A stretch of 64,000 nt of DNA from Paraphysomonas bandaiensis (taxonomy: Eukaryota > Protista > Chrysophyceae), in contig CBFFRP010000445.1 in assembly GCA_965644295.1 (NCBI GenBank), forward strand, positions 141,845 through 205,844, read 5' to 3'. The notes under the pieces were generated by a model, which made no database searches, was not told where the DNA came from, and worked only from the letters and a program-made list of their open reading frames with translations. Of the stretch, positions 23,880 through 37,620 are shown in pieces. The position numbers and the translations under genes are program-made. The first letter of the stretch is position 1. Every line of letters begins with the position of its first letter.

Positions 23880-26420
23880 AACATCAAGTATTTTTTCAAG
23901 CCCGTTGCATTCAAGGCCAGGTAAAAATATATTGGTAAGCTACACTATATTCATTATTATTTTAGCAAAAATTGGCCTCGCAATATATTGATATATATTG
24001 CTCATGCTTGAAAAATTGATTTGTTTAATCATAAATTACTTTTCATAACCACATAACTCATCTATTATTATAATTCAGGGCTAGTGAACAATATATTGAA
24101 TTGCAATATTTTACACCACCAGCCTAATATTCCATCAACTTTGTTTCTGTTAAAGTAGTTCACAATACTATTGCAATTTTTTCAATCAATATTATGATAG
24201 TCATAATATATGAAAAGATTCTCAACTGTAGGGTGCAAAGTATACGCCCATGTACATAAATACCCCTAAAAATAAGAAAATAACCTATTCTTTATATTAT
24301 TTCTTGGTTTTTACTCATCACTCGCTCTGCACTCTCTATACATGTACACTATTTCTCTTAATATGCATAATATACTGTACCATATATCATATATATCACA
24401 TACATCATACTGATAAGAAGTGACGCCTGAACGATGAATGCTTACAAGAGTAGAGATATTTACAGCTGCTTTTGATGTAGACTTCAGACTTAATTTTTCC
24501 GTCAAAGAGTAATGCTCATCGGTAGCAAAGAGATGTGAAACCTGATGAAGCACCTGCTAATGAAGAGGCTTAAAGCAGAGTTAGAATGCATCCTTGCTAC
24601 GTGGCCAAACCAGTTTGCTACCAGAAAGGATTAATGCCATACGACGGCCCACTTCTATCTTTCAGGTTCAGCGTGTATAAGGTCCTGTATCATTAATCAG
24701 AGGCCACCAGATGTAGTGACTTATAAGATTCCTACTTCGACAGAATTCTGATCACCCGTCCTATACTACTCGACGACTTGAGAAATGTAGTTCCAATACA
24801 AGTGAATGCCTGTTGAGCGCAGTTGGACTTATTATCTCAGTTCTGAGCTAGACTTATATTTCCCTGTTGCAATAGTATTGTTCAGGGTCAGTCAACAATA
24901 TATTACAAGCAAAAATAAATATTCAAGACCACAATAATAATTATTAAATATAATATGTTGCAATATATTGATATGTATTGGGCGCTATGAAGAAGAAATG
25001 AGTTCGTTCGGTAGTAACTAGTAAGTAGAGGTTTTACAACATAATGATGAAAACCCAATAACAAAGCAGCAACTAGTACTCCAAGTGTTTCAACTACTCG
25101 TCACTGTCGTCCTCATTCTTATAATCATCAATGACCTGTTGCACTGTCTTTGCGGAGCAGCAGCAGTTCGAGGCGTCGTGGAGTCATTCTTTGTCGCAAG
25201 TGTGTCATAATAACCTTGACTCTGCTGAACAAACACTACACAATGTTAATTGTACTGAATATGTGCTTCGACGATCGATTCTGGGTATCAAGCTGTCGTC
25301 ATAACTTCTTGGTAGCTGGCTTTCAAATGCAGCAGCAGCATTTCTTACATATGCCACTTCGACGGCCCCATCCGCTGTTCTCTCTTGTCGAGTCAGAGAT
25401 TCCTTGTGTATCAATTCTGAAGCTTCACAGTGGTCTTATTGAAGGTAGGGTTTTGAACAATATCAGCATCTACGGAGAGGTGGGAATCTGTAACAGGAAA
25501 AAGATTCTATGATTTGCTTCGTTGAAAACATACTGTATGTGCAATGATATATTTTGTTGTCTCTTTGCTTAATAAGAATATCTGATTATTACATGAGAGC
25601 GATGTTCAGAACTAGTTTTACATCTATACACTACCTAATAACTGGGCTGCTATTTACGACTAGTGGTGGGCAACCGTCTCGGAACTACTTGTGCATCGTT
25701 AATACTACACAAACAGAATAGCTTTTAAAACATTTCTACATCTAAATACTGTAAAAACACTAGTTTTCCCCAAAATTTCGTAAAATTCCTACGTTTACAA
25801 AGTGTATACTTAATGAAACAATGAAATCAGATGAATGAATCGATCAAAACACATCATGAGCAGAGATGGAGAGTCAACCCACTGAACTATACTGTCAAAG
25901 TACTAATAGCAAACGGTTTCTTCGCCTGTTCACATACATATTGTACGTAATAAATATGAAAGATGATGGCCGAGTAGTTTGGGACCGTATACTGTACAGT
26001 AATAGCTTAGTATTATAGTTTGGGTGGATGTGACGATCATTTTACTGGCACTTACTTATTGACAGTTTAGACTGACATTCTATCTATATTACAGATTATA
26101 AGAAAAAAGTATTTGTACGAGGATAACAGCATCAAGTTAAGCAATTTGGAGTTTACTATTGGTGAATAGCTTGACAGAGAAAAAGTACGATTCTAGTATT
26201 GAACATGAATAGTGTTCTTCGTTGCAGGTTGTTATCATAATATGTAGTAATAGTAGATGAGTTATGTGATTATGAAAAGTAGTTTATGATTAATCAAGTA
26301 TATTTTCTAAGGCACACCTGCATGAGTAATATATATTATATATCAATATATTGTAATATATTGCGAGGTATTTTGCTAAAATAATAATCAATATATTGTT
26401 GCAAAAAGAAGATTGAGGCT
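23880..26420. mobile_element. Degraded DNA-transposon-like region with CAATATATTG subterminal-type repeats
   Basis: Clusters of the CAATATATTG palindrome occur near 23980, 24090, 24960 and 26345-26400, with stop-ridden coding-like sequence between them. Family not identified. Confidence 0.3.
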
Positions 26421-26706
26421 TACGTCCCGGCTGTTTATTTCAGATATTAAGAGAAATCAATGTTCTGGCACTATCAGCTCCTACTTGCACGGATTCGAAG
26501 CCAGCAGAATAGGTAGTAACTATGCACACTACACACAATCCTTAAAGGCACGTGATAGTTAATGTTAATACATATCCATCTCCACTGTTTAAGTTATAGC
26601 CACTGAGAAATACTAAAGTATCAGTATACCTATCGTCCTGTGTATTAGAGATTTCGCAACATTTTCTTGAAAGGGCAAGTGTACTTCAGTTCTCCGACCA
26701 ATCACT

Positions 26707-28588
26707 TTAGGCATCTCCGGTGGCCTTCTTCTTCTTACTCTTCTTCTTTTTCTTGTTCTCTGCAGCGAGGAGGTTCTGAATGTCCTCGGGAAGGGTCTTT
26801 CCTTCACTCAGAGCCATGCCTTCTGGGAGACTCATGCCTGTACGAACTCAATGAAAATGGATACAACATGCACATAGGCAGATGTCCGGCACCACGACAT
26901 ATTGCATATGTATGGAGTGTTTGATACCTGTGATCTTGGTGGTTCCGGACGGCAACAGAAGGACAGTGAACTTAACGTGCACAACGTGGTCATCTGCTCT
27001 CTCGTATAGCACAGGGTATGGTGCAATGAGCTCGTGCTGAACAAGCTCACGGACTCCTAACTTCGCCTGCCTCTCATCCTCCAGTGACCTAAGCATATCA
27101 ACACTTAACATGAAGCAACGTATTCCTCAACAGTCTCTACATCACACGGAGTACAAATAGACAAACTATCACTGAAAACAAAACGTAGCCAGAAGATGAG
27201 GAAAAGCGTGAAGATACTTACCGAAGAGAGAAAGGAAGAGTAGGAAACTTTTTAGAAATTTCAGAGAACATGGCGCGAGAGGCCTTCATCTTGAGATTGT
27301 AAGTGCGATCAACATTGCGCTTATACACAGTTGTTCTCGTGTCCTAGCAGTGGGGTAGAGCAAATAAGCTCATGAGAAAGTACAAGTAGCTCATATGACA
27401 AGTAGTGTTGCTTTTCTCCTAGTCTACCATAAGCAGGTGTGATATAAGGCTTACCATATCCCTGGGCTTGCCTTCTCCAGTCGACATAGCTACATCCACG
27501 GCGTACACCTCGTTTGCCTCAAAAGTGCACTCTTCCGCTTTCTGCTCACCCTCTTCTCTTAGCATAATCACCTGGCAAATATATTCAACTTACAAGCTTC
27601 CAATGCATCATACTTTAGCCGATACCTTGGAAGCGTCAATGACGTATCTCTTCATCTGGTGCATGACTGTGCCAGCAACAGCTTGAACACCGTACGCATC
27701 TCCAACAGCTTTTACTCCCTCCGACACCTACATACCACCCAAAGTAAGTACACTATACTGAACAGAACATATTTATACGCGGAATAATAGTACAGATCTC
27801 TACCTGCTTGTTGGTGTTGCCAGGTGTGATCAATCGAGCAGCAACTTCAGCAGCAATATATGCAGCATTCAAGCAATCCGCCTATCCCAATAACATAATT
27901 ATAAGGGATGAATAATCTTTGTCGTCAATCTACCTGAGAGCCGGTGACAGTGACAGGAGCCTCTCCAGGTACGATAACGGTGTGGGCTGCCACAGCAATG
28001 TAGCCGTCCACGTGGCACCCAAGGTCAACCTTCACGCTGTCACCAGCAGCAAGAACAACCTGTGGAGTATTGTACATGTCATGAGGACATTACTTAATAG
28101 GCATAGTTTGAATTGCGTACTGGAGTGTCGGACTCAAGGGGGCTGAAGTGGCACAGACACTCGTTCACAGACAAGCACACTGGGAATGCAACACCTTTCT
28201 CCACTGGCTTACGTCCTTTCTTTGGACGATAAATTGCATCACATTTCTATCAATATATTAATATATCGAATGTATTGAATAGAATGTGAGTTACTTACAG
28301 TGACAATAGCAGCATCACCGGCCTTGCATATGTCCAGTACGGTCGCACCGGGCACACACTGTATACATACATATGAGTTGATGTATATGATATGACAGTA
28401 TCTCATATAAGAGTGTAGAGTAGAGTAGAAGGGAGCTTATCGCTTACCATCGCAATAATTTCAGTCAGTGTGGAGTTGACAATCTTTGCTGCCTCCTGAT
28501 ACTTGGTAGTGACATCACTGTTAGCTAGAGTAGTATCCTCCTCCTTCTCCTCTTCACCAGAGATCTTCTGATCTTCAAATTCTGACAT
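26707..28588 (-). CDS. PA2G4: Proliferation-associated 2G4 / EBP1 (MetAP-like fold), multi-exon
   Basis: DVTTKYQEAAKIVN, GVAFPVCLSVNECVCHFSP, KVDLGCHVDGYIA, HQMKRYVID, TTVYKR, YPVLYER and KFTVLLLPSGT, with a Lys-rich tail ending TAA at 26707-26709. GT-AG introns. Confidence 0.92.
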
Positions 28589-29234
28589 TTTATTAAGGTA
28601 CTAACGTGAAATATACTCCTTGACGGAAGCTAACGCTAACACTGTGAGGTGCCTGTACTGTATATAGCAGGAACCAACTCAGCAGCAGATTCTTGTTTTC
28701 ACGTATAGAGCTCGCCGTCAGAGCACTGGATATCATCCACACCTGCGGACAGCTCTGTGCCACATACACGCTGCATCCTTGCTACTCCTCCTGTCAAGAC
28801 TGCACACAGAGGAGTATGAGATGGACACATCAGCGGGTATACTGAAATACGGTGACTGTAGTCGAGAGTGCGTTGATCTCTATGAGCTGAGTGAGCTGAG
28901 GAGTTGGGAGTTAAGTTACTGTTAGTTGAGGTGAAGCGCTGACCACACATTAGCTTCCGGGTTCTGATTTATTTGGTGCGCTCATGTTTTTCCTCAAGAA
29001 ACTGCGCCGTGATATTCAACTTGAACCTATTCATTTTGGACCGAATTTAAAGGAGCATGTAAAGTAGGTGCCTGTTAAGGATGCTGTCGTGCAGGTAATT
29101 TTATGGGTTTGACAGAGATAGAGTTAGGAGGGAGCTACTAGGGGTTTAGTAGTAGTTTGATATGAGAGGTAGATAGTAATTTTGACCAGATCAGAAGATA
29201 TCATGAGGCAAGATCTAGGGTTGGAATCTTGATG

Positions 29235-29455
29235 TCAGCAGATGTCAGGTATATCAACATTCTGCTTGCTCACTGCGTTTGCTTGAGTGATAGAGCGAAA
29301 GATGTTGCACCTCTTGGTGCTTGCGGTGACACACAAGCAGGTTTCGCAGCGTTAAATAGTCTGATATCAGAGTTAAGCACTAGTTAGTTGAACTGCGAAA
29401 TTAGTTCTGACTCTTAAACAACACCTATTGCTAATAATAAGACATTCACTACTAT
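29235..29455 (+). mobile_element. 5'-truncated R1 copy
   Basis: GATGTTGCACCTCTTGGTGCTTGCGGTGAC...GCGTTAAATAG...CCTATTGCTAATAATAAGACATTCACTACTA. Confidence 0.75.
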
Positions 29456-29744
29456 GTTCCTATTTCTGGAAGTGGAAAACTAGCTATTAGTGGTTGGGAA
29501 ATTGCTTCTACATTTAGCATGATAAAATAGGCACAAGGATGTTGAGTTTTGCTGTTTTGACGAATTATAAGATGTTTCTCTAAGATACTTGAACTGAAAC
29601 CGTTACTTGAAAAATATAGTATATTGAATGAACTAATAATAATATATTATGATAATAGGAATAACAGTAGTGAAATTTAAAAAATAATATATTTATAGTG
29701 AACGTATAATATCTGCTATTAATATTATTAGTAAAGAATGTATC

Positions 29745-29850
29745 AATACTAATATACTAACACAGAAAACTATTTATTATCACTCTAGCAACTAGCCAGT
29801 TTTAACAAGGAAAACACGTCAAAAACGTGGGAATTGTTTTTCCGTGTTTG
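29745..29850. repeat. Dispersed repeat R3 (inverted copy at ~49745-49860)
   Basis: CAGAAAACTATTTATTA...CTAGCCAGTTTTAACAAG...CACGTCAAAAACGTG is the reverse complement of the 49.8-kb segment. Confidence 0.6.
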
Positions 29851-30259
29851 CGTATTGTTCACTTTTGGTACTTTTGGTAATTGAGAGATTACGTATATAT
29901 AATATAATGTAGTGCTAATTATAAAATATAAAATTAAGCTTTTAGTTAGTGCAATATTGACTGATTAATATTATAGGAGATATAGCAAGTTAATGATGTT
30001 GTAGCACTGTGAGTTAGGAACCACGTCATTCACCAACATCAACCTTCTGTTCTACAAATCACATCTTTAACAGCTACTATATTTTCAGTTTCTTTGTATA
30101 CTTGTAATAGCTACTCCTATACTGTAGTCATGTATATTCTGTATTTTATTGCTACATAAAATACAGGATAACTACTAGCGATTGGCTTTACCAAACTTCA
30201 AGTACGCACGTAGGAGTTCGTTGTAGTTCAATATAAAAATCCCAGCGAATAATGTCAAG

Positions 30260-30605
30260 TAGTGAATGTCGTATTATTAGCAATATGCGTTAAAGAGTCA
30301 ATAATGCTTATAACTCTGATATCCTACTATTTAACGCTACGAAAGCTGCTTGTGCATCACTACAAGCACTATGAGGTGCAGCATCTTTCGCTTTATTACT
30401 CAAAGTAAGCGCAGTGAGCAAGCAGAATGTTGATATACCTGACACATATATTAGTGTCGCTCTTGCACTACACAAGCATTCGGCTATGAGTGGGCAGAAC
30501 AATATCTGCTGACTATGTTTGCGGCTCACATCCCGGAGAAATATCTCCGGTACTTACCTCCACAGAACACCATGAAAGGTGCGAGTCTAACTTTGTCGAG
30601 AAGAT
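30260..30605 (-). mobile_element. R1 copy with head and tail, internally deleted
   Basis: Flanks TAATGTCAAG (30250-30259) and TAATGTAAAG (30606-30615) form a 10-bp TSD with one mismatch. The head lacks the CTAAC strand. A further 3'-tip fragment lies at ~30738-30785. Confidence 0.75.
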
Positions 30606-31094
30606 TAATGTAAAGATACAATACTGTATTCCTTATATAATACTATTATAGATGATGTCACATTATAAAAGAGTATATGGACAAATCAAAAGACAAATAT
30701 ATATTAATAAAAAGGAAGAGTAATGCTGATATACTCAGTAGTGAATATCTTATTATTAGCAATAGGCGTGTAAGAGTCAGAACTTATATCAAAACAAGTT
30801 AACGCGATATACTCGGTAATATTTTTCTAGAAAAAATTTTCAATTCAAAATTGTTCATACACATATAATATAACATTCAGACAATATCAGTATTCTTGAC
30901 GCCGATAATTACAGACAACTTGATACTGCAAGAGTAATATTAAATATTGCTGTATGCGAATATGCAGTCAGTATTTTCAGAGAACATTGAGAGAGAAGAC
31001 AAATTAATGTATAGTCCAGCTTGTTAAAGCAAAGAAGATGTTTGTTATAGAAGTGTATATAAATGAATTACAAAACTAAGTATTTATGCATATG

Positions 31095-32345
31095 TGTAAC
31101 GACTACGGAACGGAACCTAGAAACAGCGGTTATTAATCTCCTGCAACCGCTTTACACTGCAGCGAAGCTTATGTTACAGGATCGCGGTTGTCGCTATATC
31201 ACCATGTCCAAAAGGCCGCCCAGGCTTCTCCCGAGACCCCGTCCGAAACGCAGTCAGTCAAGACAACGTCCGAGAGTCCTTCGCTTACTAGGGGTCCAAC
31301 GACGACCCCCCACAGCGTATCCGACTCCAGACACACGTGCACACCTCACAGGTCCTACCCGACAGAGCACTGGACTGCCCAGACCTCCACAACGCCGACG
31401 GCTTCGACAACTCTATCTACACCCGCGGCCCCACAGGAGCACAGTAACACAGACTACAAACCCTACCCCTCCTCCCAACAATCCCCACCACCCTCAACCC
31501 ACACATCTGGAACTAGGTGCACTCAAGACCCTAATTCAGAACGCTGAGCCCCCTCCAAAACCAATGGAGACCCATCCCAAAGGGAGACCCCCAGATCAAT
31601 AGCGCCGGTGAGTCCACGGACACACCATAAAGGCGAATTTCATATCACACAAAAAGAACGGAAGTGGTTGCACCTTGGTGCTTGCGGCGACGCACAAGCA
31701 GCTTTCGTAGCGTTAAATAGTAGGATAAAAGAGTTTGTATTGATTAGTTACGGGTAGTGGTCTAACTAGTATGACTAGCATTCTTCTAGCCACTAATTGA
31801 TGCAAGGTCTCAACGCCTATTGCTAAATAATCAGACATTCACTACGACTACGGATGATTGATCCTCTCGCCACAATGACTAACATTGCTGGTCTTATCAT
31901 CCCTGTCCATGTGCAGGTGATATAGGGTAGGAATAGCCTTCTTACAACACTCAACTTTACTCTTCTTACCCTTATATTCTATTCTTAACTTTTAACTCGA
32001 CTACTCCTTCTTAACTAAGGGCTTAACTCAACTATATCTAAAAGTCCATATCCTTCTCAGGCTTGCATAACCATTAATGGCCATTATTATTATATTATCC
32101 CCATAGCTATTTATTTCTAGAAGTGGTTCCCAACCTTAAATAGCTAGTTTTCAACTTCCAGAAATAATCCTGTACCTATTCTTATATCATCGTACAGAAT
32201 ACCTACGTATACCATCATAAAACTGTACGGGCTATCGTTCATCCATATGTGCGGATAGTCCCAGTACACTCCAACAGTATAACTAGCCTTAATACTCCTA
32301 TCTTCTAATCTAATCTAATCATAATCATAACTACATCTCATCTCA
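31095..32345 (-). mobile_element. Partial solo LTR (homologous to 52070-52565) interrupted by a non-LTR insertion
   Basis: TGTAACGACTACGG at 31095 plus 31844-32345 is the diverged reverse complement of the LTR ending CCGTAGTCGTTACA at 52565. Confidence 0.75.
31110..31843 (+). mobile_element. Internally deleted LINE-like element sharing the R1 3' end
   Basis: An 11-bp TSD ACGACTACGGA lies at 31099-31109 and 31844-31854. The element has a distinct 5' leader, an ATG at 31204 opening Pro/Thr/Ser-rich coding-like sequence, and the R1 3' module from ~31655. Confidence 0.7.
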
Positions 32346-32824
32346 CATTAATTCAAAAACCTTATATGCAACCTATAATTGCTCGAAATGGCGATAATAT
32401 TTAAAAGAGTGTGAATATGAAGCGATAGTGGAATAGACGGTGAAAGAAGAATGAGATTTTTCCCTGACTTTTTTTTGTCGTCATCTTGTGTGTGCCTGCT
32501 TCCAACTCATTAAGTTGTTAATGATTTGTTAAAAATAATAGCAAGTCAGGTCAACTTTTATTTTCTGAAACGAAGTTGGATTTAGCTGCATTATAATACT
32601 GACCGGAACTTTGCAATGATCAGGTATATCACGAAATGAATAGTACAAATGACCTGAAAGCAGTCTAATCAGTAGAATATATGATTACTCTATCACGTAG
32701 ACAATACAACAAATACATACCTGTGCTATAGCAATAAAAAGTTAAACGGCAATATCACATATTAGTACCGCACATAACAAGTCTCTCAGTTTCGACACCA
32801 CCTGTGTCTCGTCTTTGTCAGCTG

Positions 32825-33734
32825 TCACAACTGTGAGTTATCAGCGTGTCGTCTCATAGCTCCATCATCATCAAAGTACAGTGCTTGAAAATTTGGCGGC
32901 TTGCCCCCTCTGACATGAATCTCAGATCTAAGTGAGGCCAGGGTTTTGTACGTGTATATACAATTGATTCCAGGAACTGCCAGACAAAGGCATGGCTTGA
33001 GCACATCACCGTACCAGTCAGAGCCCCCGATACCATACGATTTACGCATAATGTGCTGCAACTGGCAGACATTCAAACATCCCATGGCCCCGAACCAAAA
33101 TGGCTAAAGCAGATCAGAAATGTAGAAGACCGTGAAAAGTGCATAGTACGTACCGATCCTGTTAGTTGGGAATATATGTCGATCACCTCGCATGGGCAAA
33201 AGAGACACGTGCAAAGGAAGTCGCAAGGGTCACCAGAGCAAGAATGCTCCCTGGTCGGAGCCAACCACGGGTACTCTGTTAAACCTGTCACACTCCGCAA
33301 TCTCGGGCCTTGCGCATCCACTTCATTTAGCAACTGGGCAATGGAGCAAGGTGCACAGGCACAGGGAATGCAAAAATCGGACACGCCAATCCTAAGACAC
33401 ACGTAAATATAAATGTTGATACCTTTAGTAAAACACCTTCCATCGATTCCATAGCCATTCCGTATATAGTTTCGTACCAAACATGGACTACAGAAGCAGC
33501 AACAGTTGAAACAGAAATTGCTGCCATCAAAAGATTTTTTGGCCGAAGCAAGCGCACAAACTGGACAGAATGTGGCATAACAACACTGACAGTTATACAA
33601 GTTACTAATTGCAAAGTAAACTAGAGGTATGTTACATTGGAGAGGTTCGAGCAACAGCCTCCCAGCAAACTAGTGGACCACTCAGGATATGCTCGTTGTA
33701 TCGTTTCGTAAGTTTTGGGGCTAACAGTATCCAT
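32825..33734 (-). CDS. Protein with two tandem PLAC8 (Cys-rich) domains
   Basis: WSTSLLGGCC...CCYATFCPVC...RNYIRNGYGIDG...DFCIPCACAPCSIAQLLNEV, followed by a second copy CTCLFCPC...MRKSYGIGGSDWYGDVLKPCLC. ATG at 33734; several short introns. Confidence 0.8.
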
Positions 33735-34023
33735 TGTCTATGTCTCTCAGCGCTATGTGTGGGCACAGCGAAGCTAATCGATGCTTATCATGCACCTGAG
33801 CTGAAGAACTCGAAGATATACACTCAGTCCCGCTGTATCCCACTGTATATCTCTGTATACCACGACCATACAGGTATTTTTTTCCACCACAGGAGTGCTC
33901 TGCTGCTGTGTGTGTGTGATTGCTCCGCTCTGCTCTGCGCAGGCCGCCCAGTTGTTTGCTGCGTGTGCACCCCCATCTCATTAGAGTATTTAGGCTTAGT
34001 AATCATATCGCTCTGTTGCCGTT

Positions 34024-35343
34024 ATGATCCGTGTATTGAGTAGCTCTGTGAGGGCAGCTGGTCGAGTCTCTGGGGCTGCATGCGGCGTTAGTCGCGGCGT
34101 CCCTCACATTCAGATAGCGAGTTTCTCTAATTTTTCATCCGAGGAGCCTGATTGGCTGGTTGAAGCAGAAAACACTCCCGTTGACTCAAAGTATGTGGCG
34201 AACACATATGTGACAGAGGGGAAACGCCTTGAAATGTTTAAAAAGCACCAGAGTGATCCCAAGAAGTGGACCAGCAAGACGCTTGCTATGCGTTACGGTA
34301 TGAGTATCAGGCGTGCACAGGCCATACTCTATCTGATGAAGGAACGAGAAGAGCATATGCGTGAGAGAGGAGTATTAGATATATCCAACCTGTGGATGGC
34401 GGTGTATGAGGATCACCTCAATGAGCCCGAGATTATGACAACATCGCGCCTGGCAGAGAAACATGATATCAGCGAAGAGGAGGCCGAACGTATAGTCAAA
34501 AACATGTCGGAGCACGCTTGGCGTAAGGAAAATCTAAATTCTCATCTCGACTACATGGACTGGTGTATGGACCTCATGGAAACGCTTGGTGTGTGCATTT
34601 TGAATGTGTGTCAACTGTATGGTGGATGTGTGTTGACTGTGTTAATTCAGGGTTGGATCCATCATTCAAAGAGATTGGGGTCAATAAGACACCAGGATCC
34701 ACAAGGTATGAGGAGTATTTCGAACCCACTTTCTTCGGAGACGAAGACTTCGAACAGGAGAAACAACGATTGCGGGCCAGACTAATCCAGGATACCAGAA
34801 CCACTGAGGCTGCACAGAAACCGAAGACTTTTATGTCGTTTGAGAGCCGGGTTAGGAATGCAAGAGATGTGTCTCAAGACCCACTTATGGAGAACAGGGC
34901 TGGTGTTCGCACTGACGCTCCTCGCAGGTGGAAGTACGCCTTCAGAGAGCTTGCTCCACGAAAGAAAGGGGAGGCCCCGAACCCCACCATGATATGTACC
35001 AGAAGAGGAGAGTGAGTACCAGAAGTGCTTAATGTGGCATATGTGCCGCTTGTATCTGTCGTATACATTGTAGTTCATAGAAACATGATTGACTACATGT
35101 AAATTCATTCTATATAACCATTACGTTCCCAGGTTGCGTCCCGCGAATCCAGCTGAGGAGCTGCAGCGGTCATGGTCCCGACAACCTTCTGGTATAGATA
35201 ATCTTCGCGGTCTGGAACGTCTCCGACAATATATGGAAGCGGAGAAGGAAGATGTTGCAGAAGCCAGAGCGATCTCAAAGCGTGATAGGCTGCGTCGGGA
35301 GGCAAAGTTACGGGAGCACGACTTGCTTACCTACAAGAAGTAA
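34024..35343 (+). CDS. Mitochondrial ribosomal protein mS45 (Bot1p-like)
   Basis: Arg/Ser-rich presequence, then VTEGKRLEMFKKHQSDPKKWTSKTLAMRYGMSIRRAQAILYL, which fits the Bot1p/mS45 core. Introns 34589-34650 and 35012-35132 join the frames. Confidence 0.75.
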
Positions 35344-35675
35344 TGCAGCTGAGTTGCTAGGCCACTGAAGTTACAATAGCATATTTTCTTTTTTATCTCT
35401 ATATGCAATGTAGGTAAAATATAGTGTATTTAATATAGATTGGGTAGGGAATATCTAGAACTGGCTCCCATTATATTATTCTAGTATATGATGCATCTGG
35501 GATTGTTGTAATGATAAGATAGTGTCATCAATGCCGTTTTAGTATAGAGCTAGCCAATGTAATGTAAGGATTATGTTTATAGAAAATAGTGTCGTCAATG
35601 TGAAATTGCATGTGAAATTGAAATTTGTCGTCTACCTCGTTATCTATGGTCTGCAAGATGTTGCTATGTTGCTAG

Positions 35676-37620
35676 CAGGCTTGCGTAACAATTAATTGGT
35701 TTTCAATTAAATTAATTGGTTTTAATAGTGATAATTCCAATTATTATTATTGGAAATTGTTGCCAATTAATTGCAATTATTTGGCTGGCTAAATTATATA
35801 TAGCATCTTAAGATGTATAGCTAATGATCATAGATACAAACCCATTATCAGAAGTTTGGATGTATTGTTGAGTTTTGCTGTTTGAGCAATTAAAAGCTGT
35901 AATTCTAAGTTCTAAGGTGTTGGAATTATGACCGTTAGTCGAAGAATACAGTAGTGATGAGCTGTATTATGAGAAGTGATATCATGACGATGTAAGATCG
36001 TACTAGAAATGAGTGGTAGAGATAACGTGATATAGTGCCTATTATATTTATTATAATCTTCTCTTATCTTAACTTGATTCATGAGTGAATACACGTCCAG
36101 TTAACTTAGTAAATCATCCAATTGTGTCATATCTTGACATGGTAGCGGATGGTAGTTGGAAGCAACTGCTGAAGTGTGTCCATAGGAGTGTAACTGGACA
36201 GAGAAGCAGGAGTCCATACGACTTGTAGGGCTGAGTGATACTGCTTTGTATAGTAGAAACCTACAATTATTGGATGACTACTAATTGTGTCATATCATAC
36301 AATTATCCAAAAGCCTTTCTACACAATTAGTAGTAGAGTAAATATGCTTCAAGCAGCGGTACTTAGTTGGTTTAGTAGTGCGTAGTCGCTTTTGTTCTTG
36401 GTGCGCTTGGTGTCTTCTCGCCAGTGAGTCGACATCATCATCTTTATCCTCGTCTTCGTCTTGGACACCACAGCAAAGCAAGACTCTTTGAACATCTTCA
36501 TTTTTATCACACCACACAGCAAACATTGAAAAATAGTGTTCTCTAGCACATATCCAACCATTCTGAACTAGACCAAATGAATTAGAGGCAACATTTCTTT
36601 CACTTTCTTCTCAACTTGCTGTGCCAAAGCATCCAGATATTTCATGGTTGTGCTTCTTGATATTGGCTTCAGGTTGGTGTTCTTTCTATGCAACGCTTTC
36701 TCCACAAAAGAAAATGGAAGGTCCTCCATAATTATCCACTCCAACCATCTGAACGCATTAAAAGAGGAAGGAGAAACTTTTCTCTCAACATAAGAATCCA
36801 TGGGACCAGCTCCACGCAAAGCTGCCCTGATCTTGGCATCCCAGCCTTCGTGCTGCTTCGCATGCTGAGCCAAGTTGGACCATCCTGCTTTTCTCTGTCG
36901 CGGATACGATTTTTGGCATTCTCTGCATTCCCATTTCTGACGGCCATCATCAAAGTCCTCAAGTTGGGTAAAAAACACCCATGAAATGGATTCTGGTGTT
37001 AAGTTGTCAGACATATATATCTAGTAAAAATGATACACACATATTTTGTAAATATTATGATTATATATACGAGTACAATATACTGTATATTATATGACCA
37101 AAACTCTAAATATCCAGTATTTCGACTGCATAAAAAACAGAAAAAGCCCTGATAATCCATATCCATATCCATACCGCTGCACATTACACTTGAATCCTGT
37201 AGTGTCTTGTATTGACAGTCCAGGATCGGTAAGGAGATGATTGCCGCACTACTTATAGATATATAAGGGTAATACTCTATGAGATCGAGCTGAACTTAGT
37301 CTTGTTGCTCAAGGTCAAGAGTAAAGACACATAATCTACCGTACAAAGAACAAGGTACTTCTCTTAATGTAAAGATATTTATAATGAGAGGACAACATCT
37401 TCCCACCATTTGAATAGCCGTTATAATAGCCATGTAGGGCGATGTTTTCCAACTTCTTTCTCTAATATTATGTTATATATATAGTAAATAATTGCCAATT
37501 AATTGCAATTTAATTTCAACTTTCCAGCGAGCAATTATAATTGCAATTATTATGTATGTTTCATGTAATTTAATTGCAATTACAATTAATCGCAATTCAA
37601 TTAATTGTTACGCAGCCATG
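35676..37620 (-). mobile_element. Defective hAT transposon
   Basis: TIRs CAGGCTTGCGTAACAATTAATTG / CAATTAATTGTTACGCAGCCATG. BED zinc finger (WVFF..CREC..GWSNLAQHAKQH) followed by LPFSFVE and ISRSTTMKYL, and a C-terminal STTNCVERL dimerisation motif. Internally deleted; no TSD seen. Confidence 0.8.

Noticed and set aside
31840-31856. Apparent LTR-LTR junction, and R1 as a solo-LTR family
   Set aside because: Better explained by an 11-bp TSD around a non-LTR insertion. The 13-bp TSD at 7180/7706 and the simple-repeat tails argue against LTR identity.
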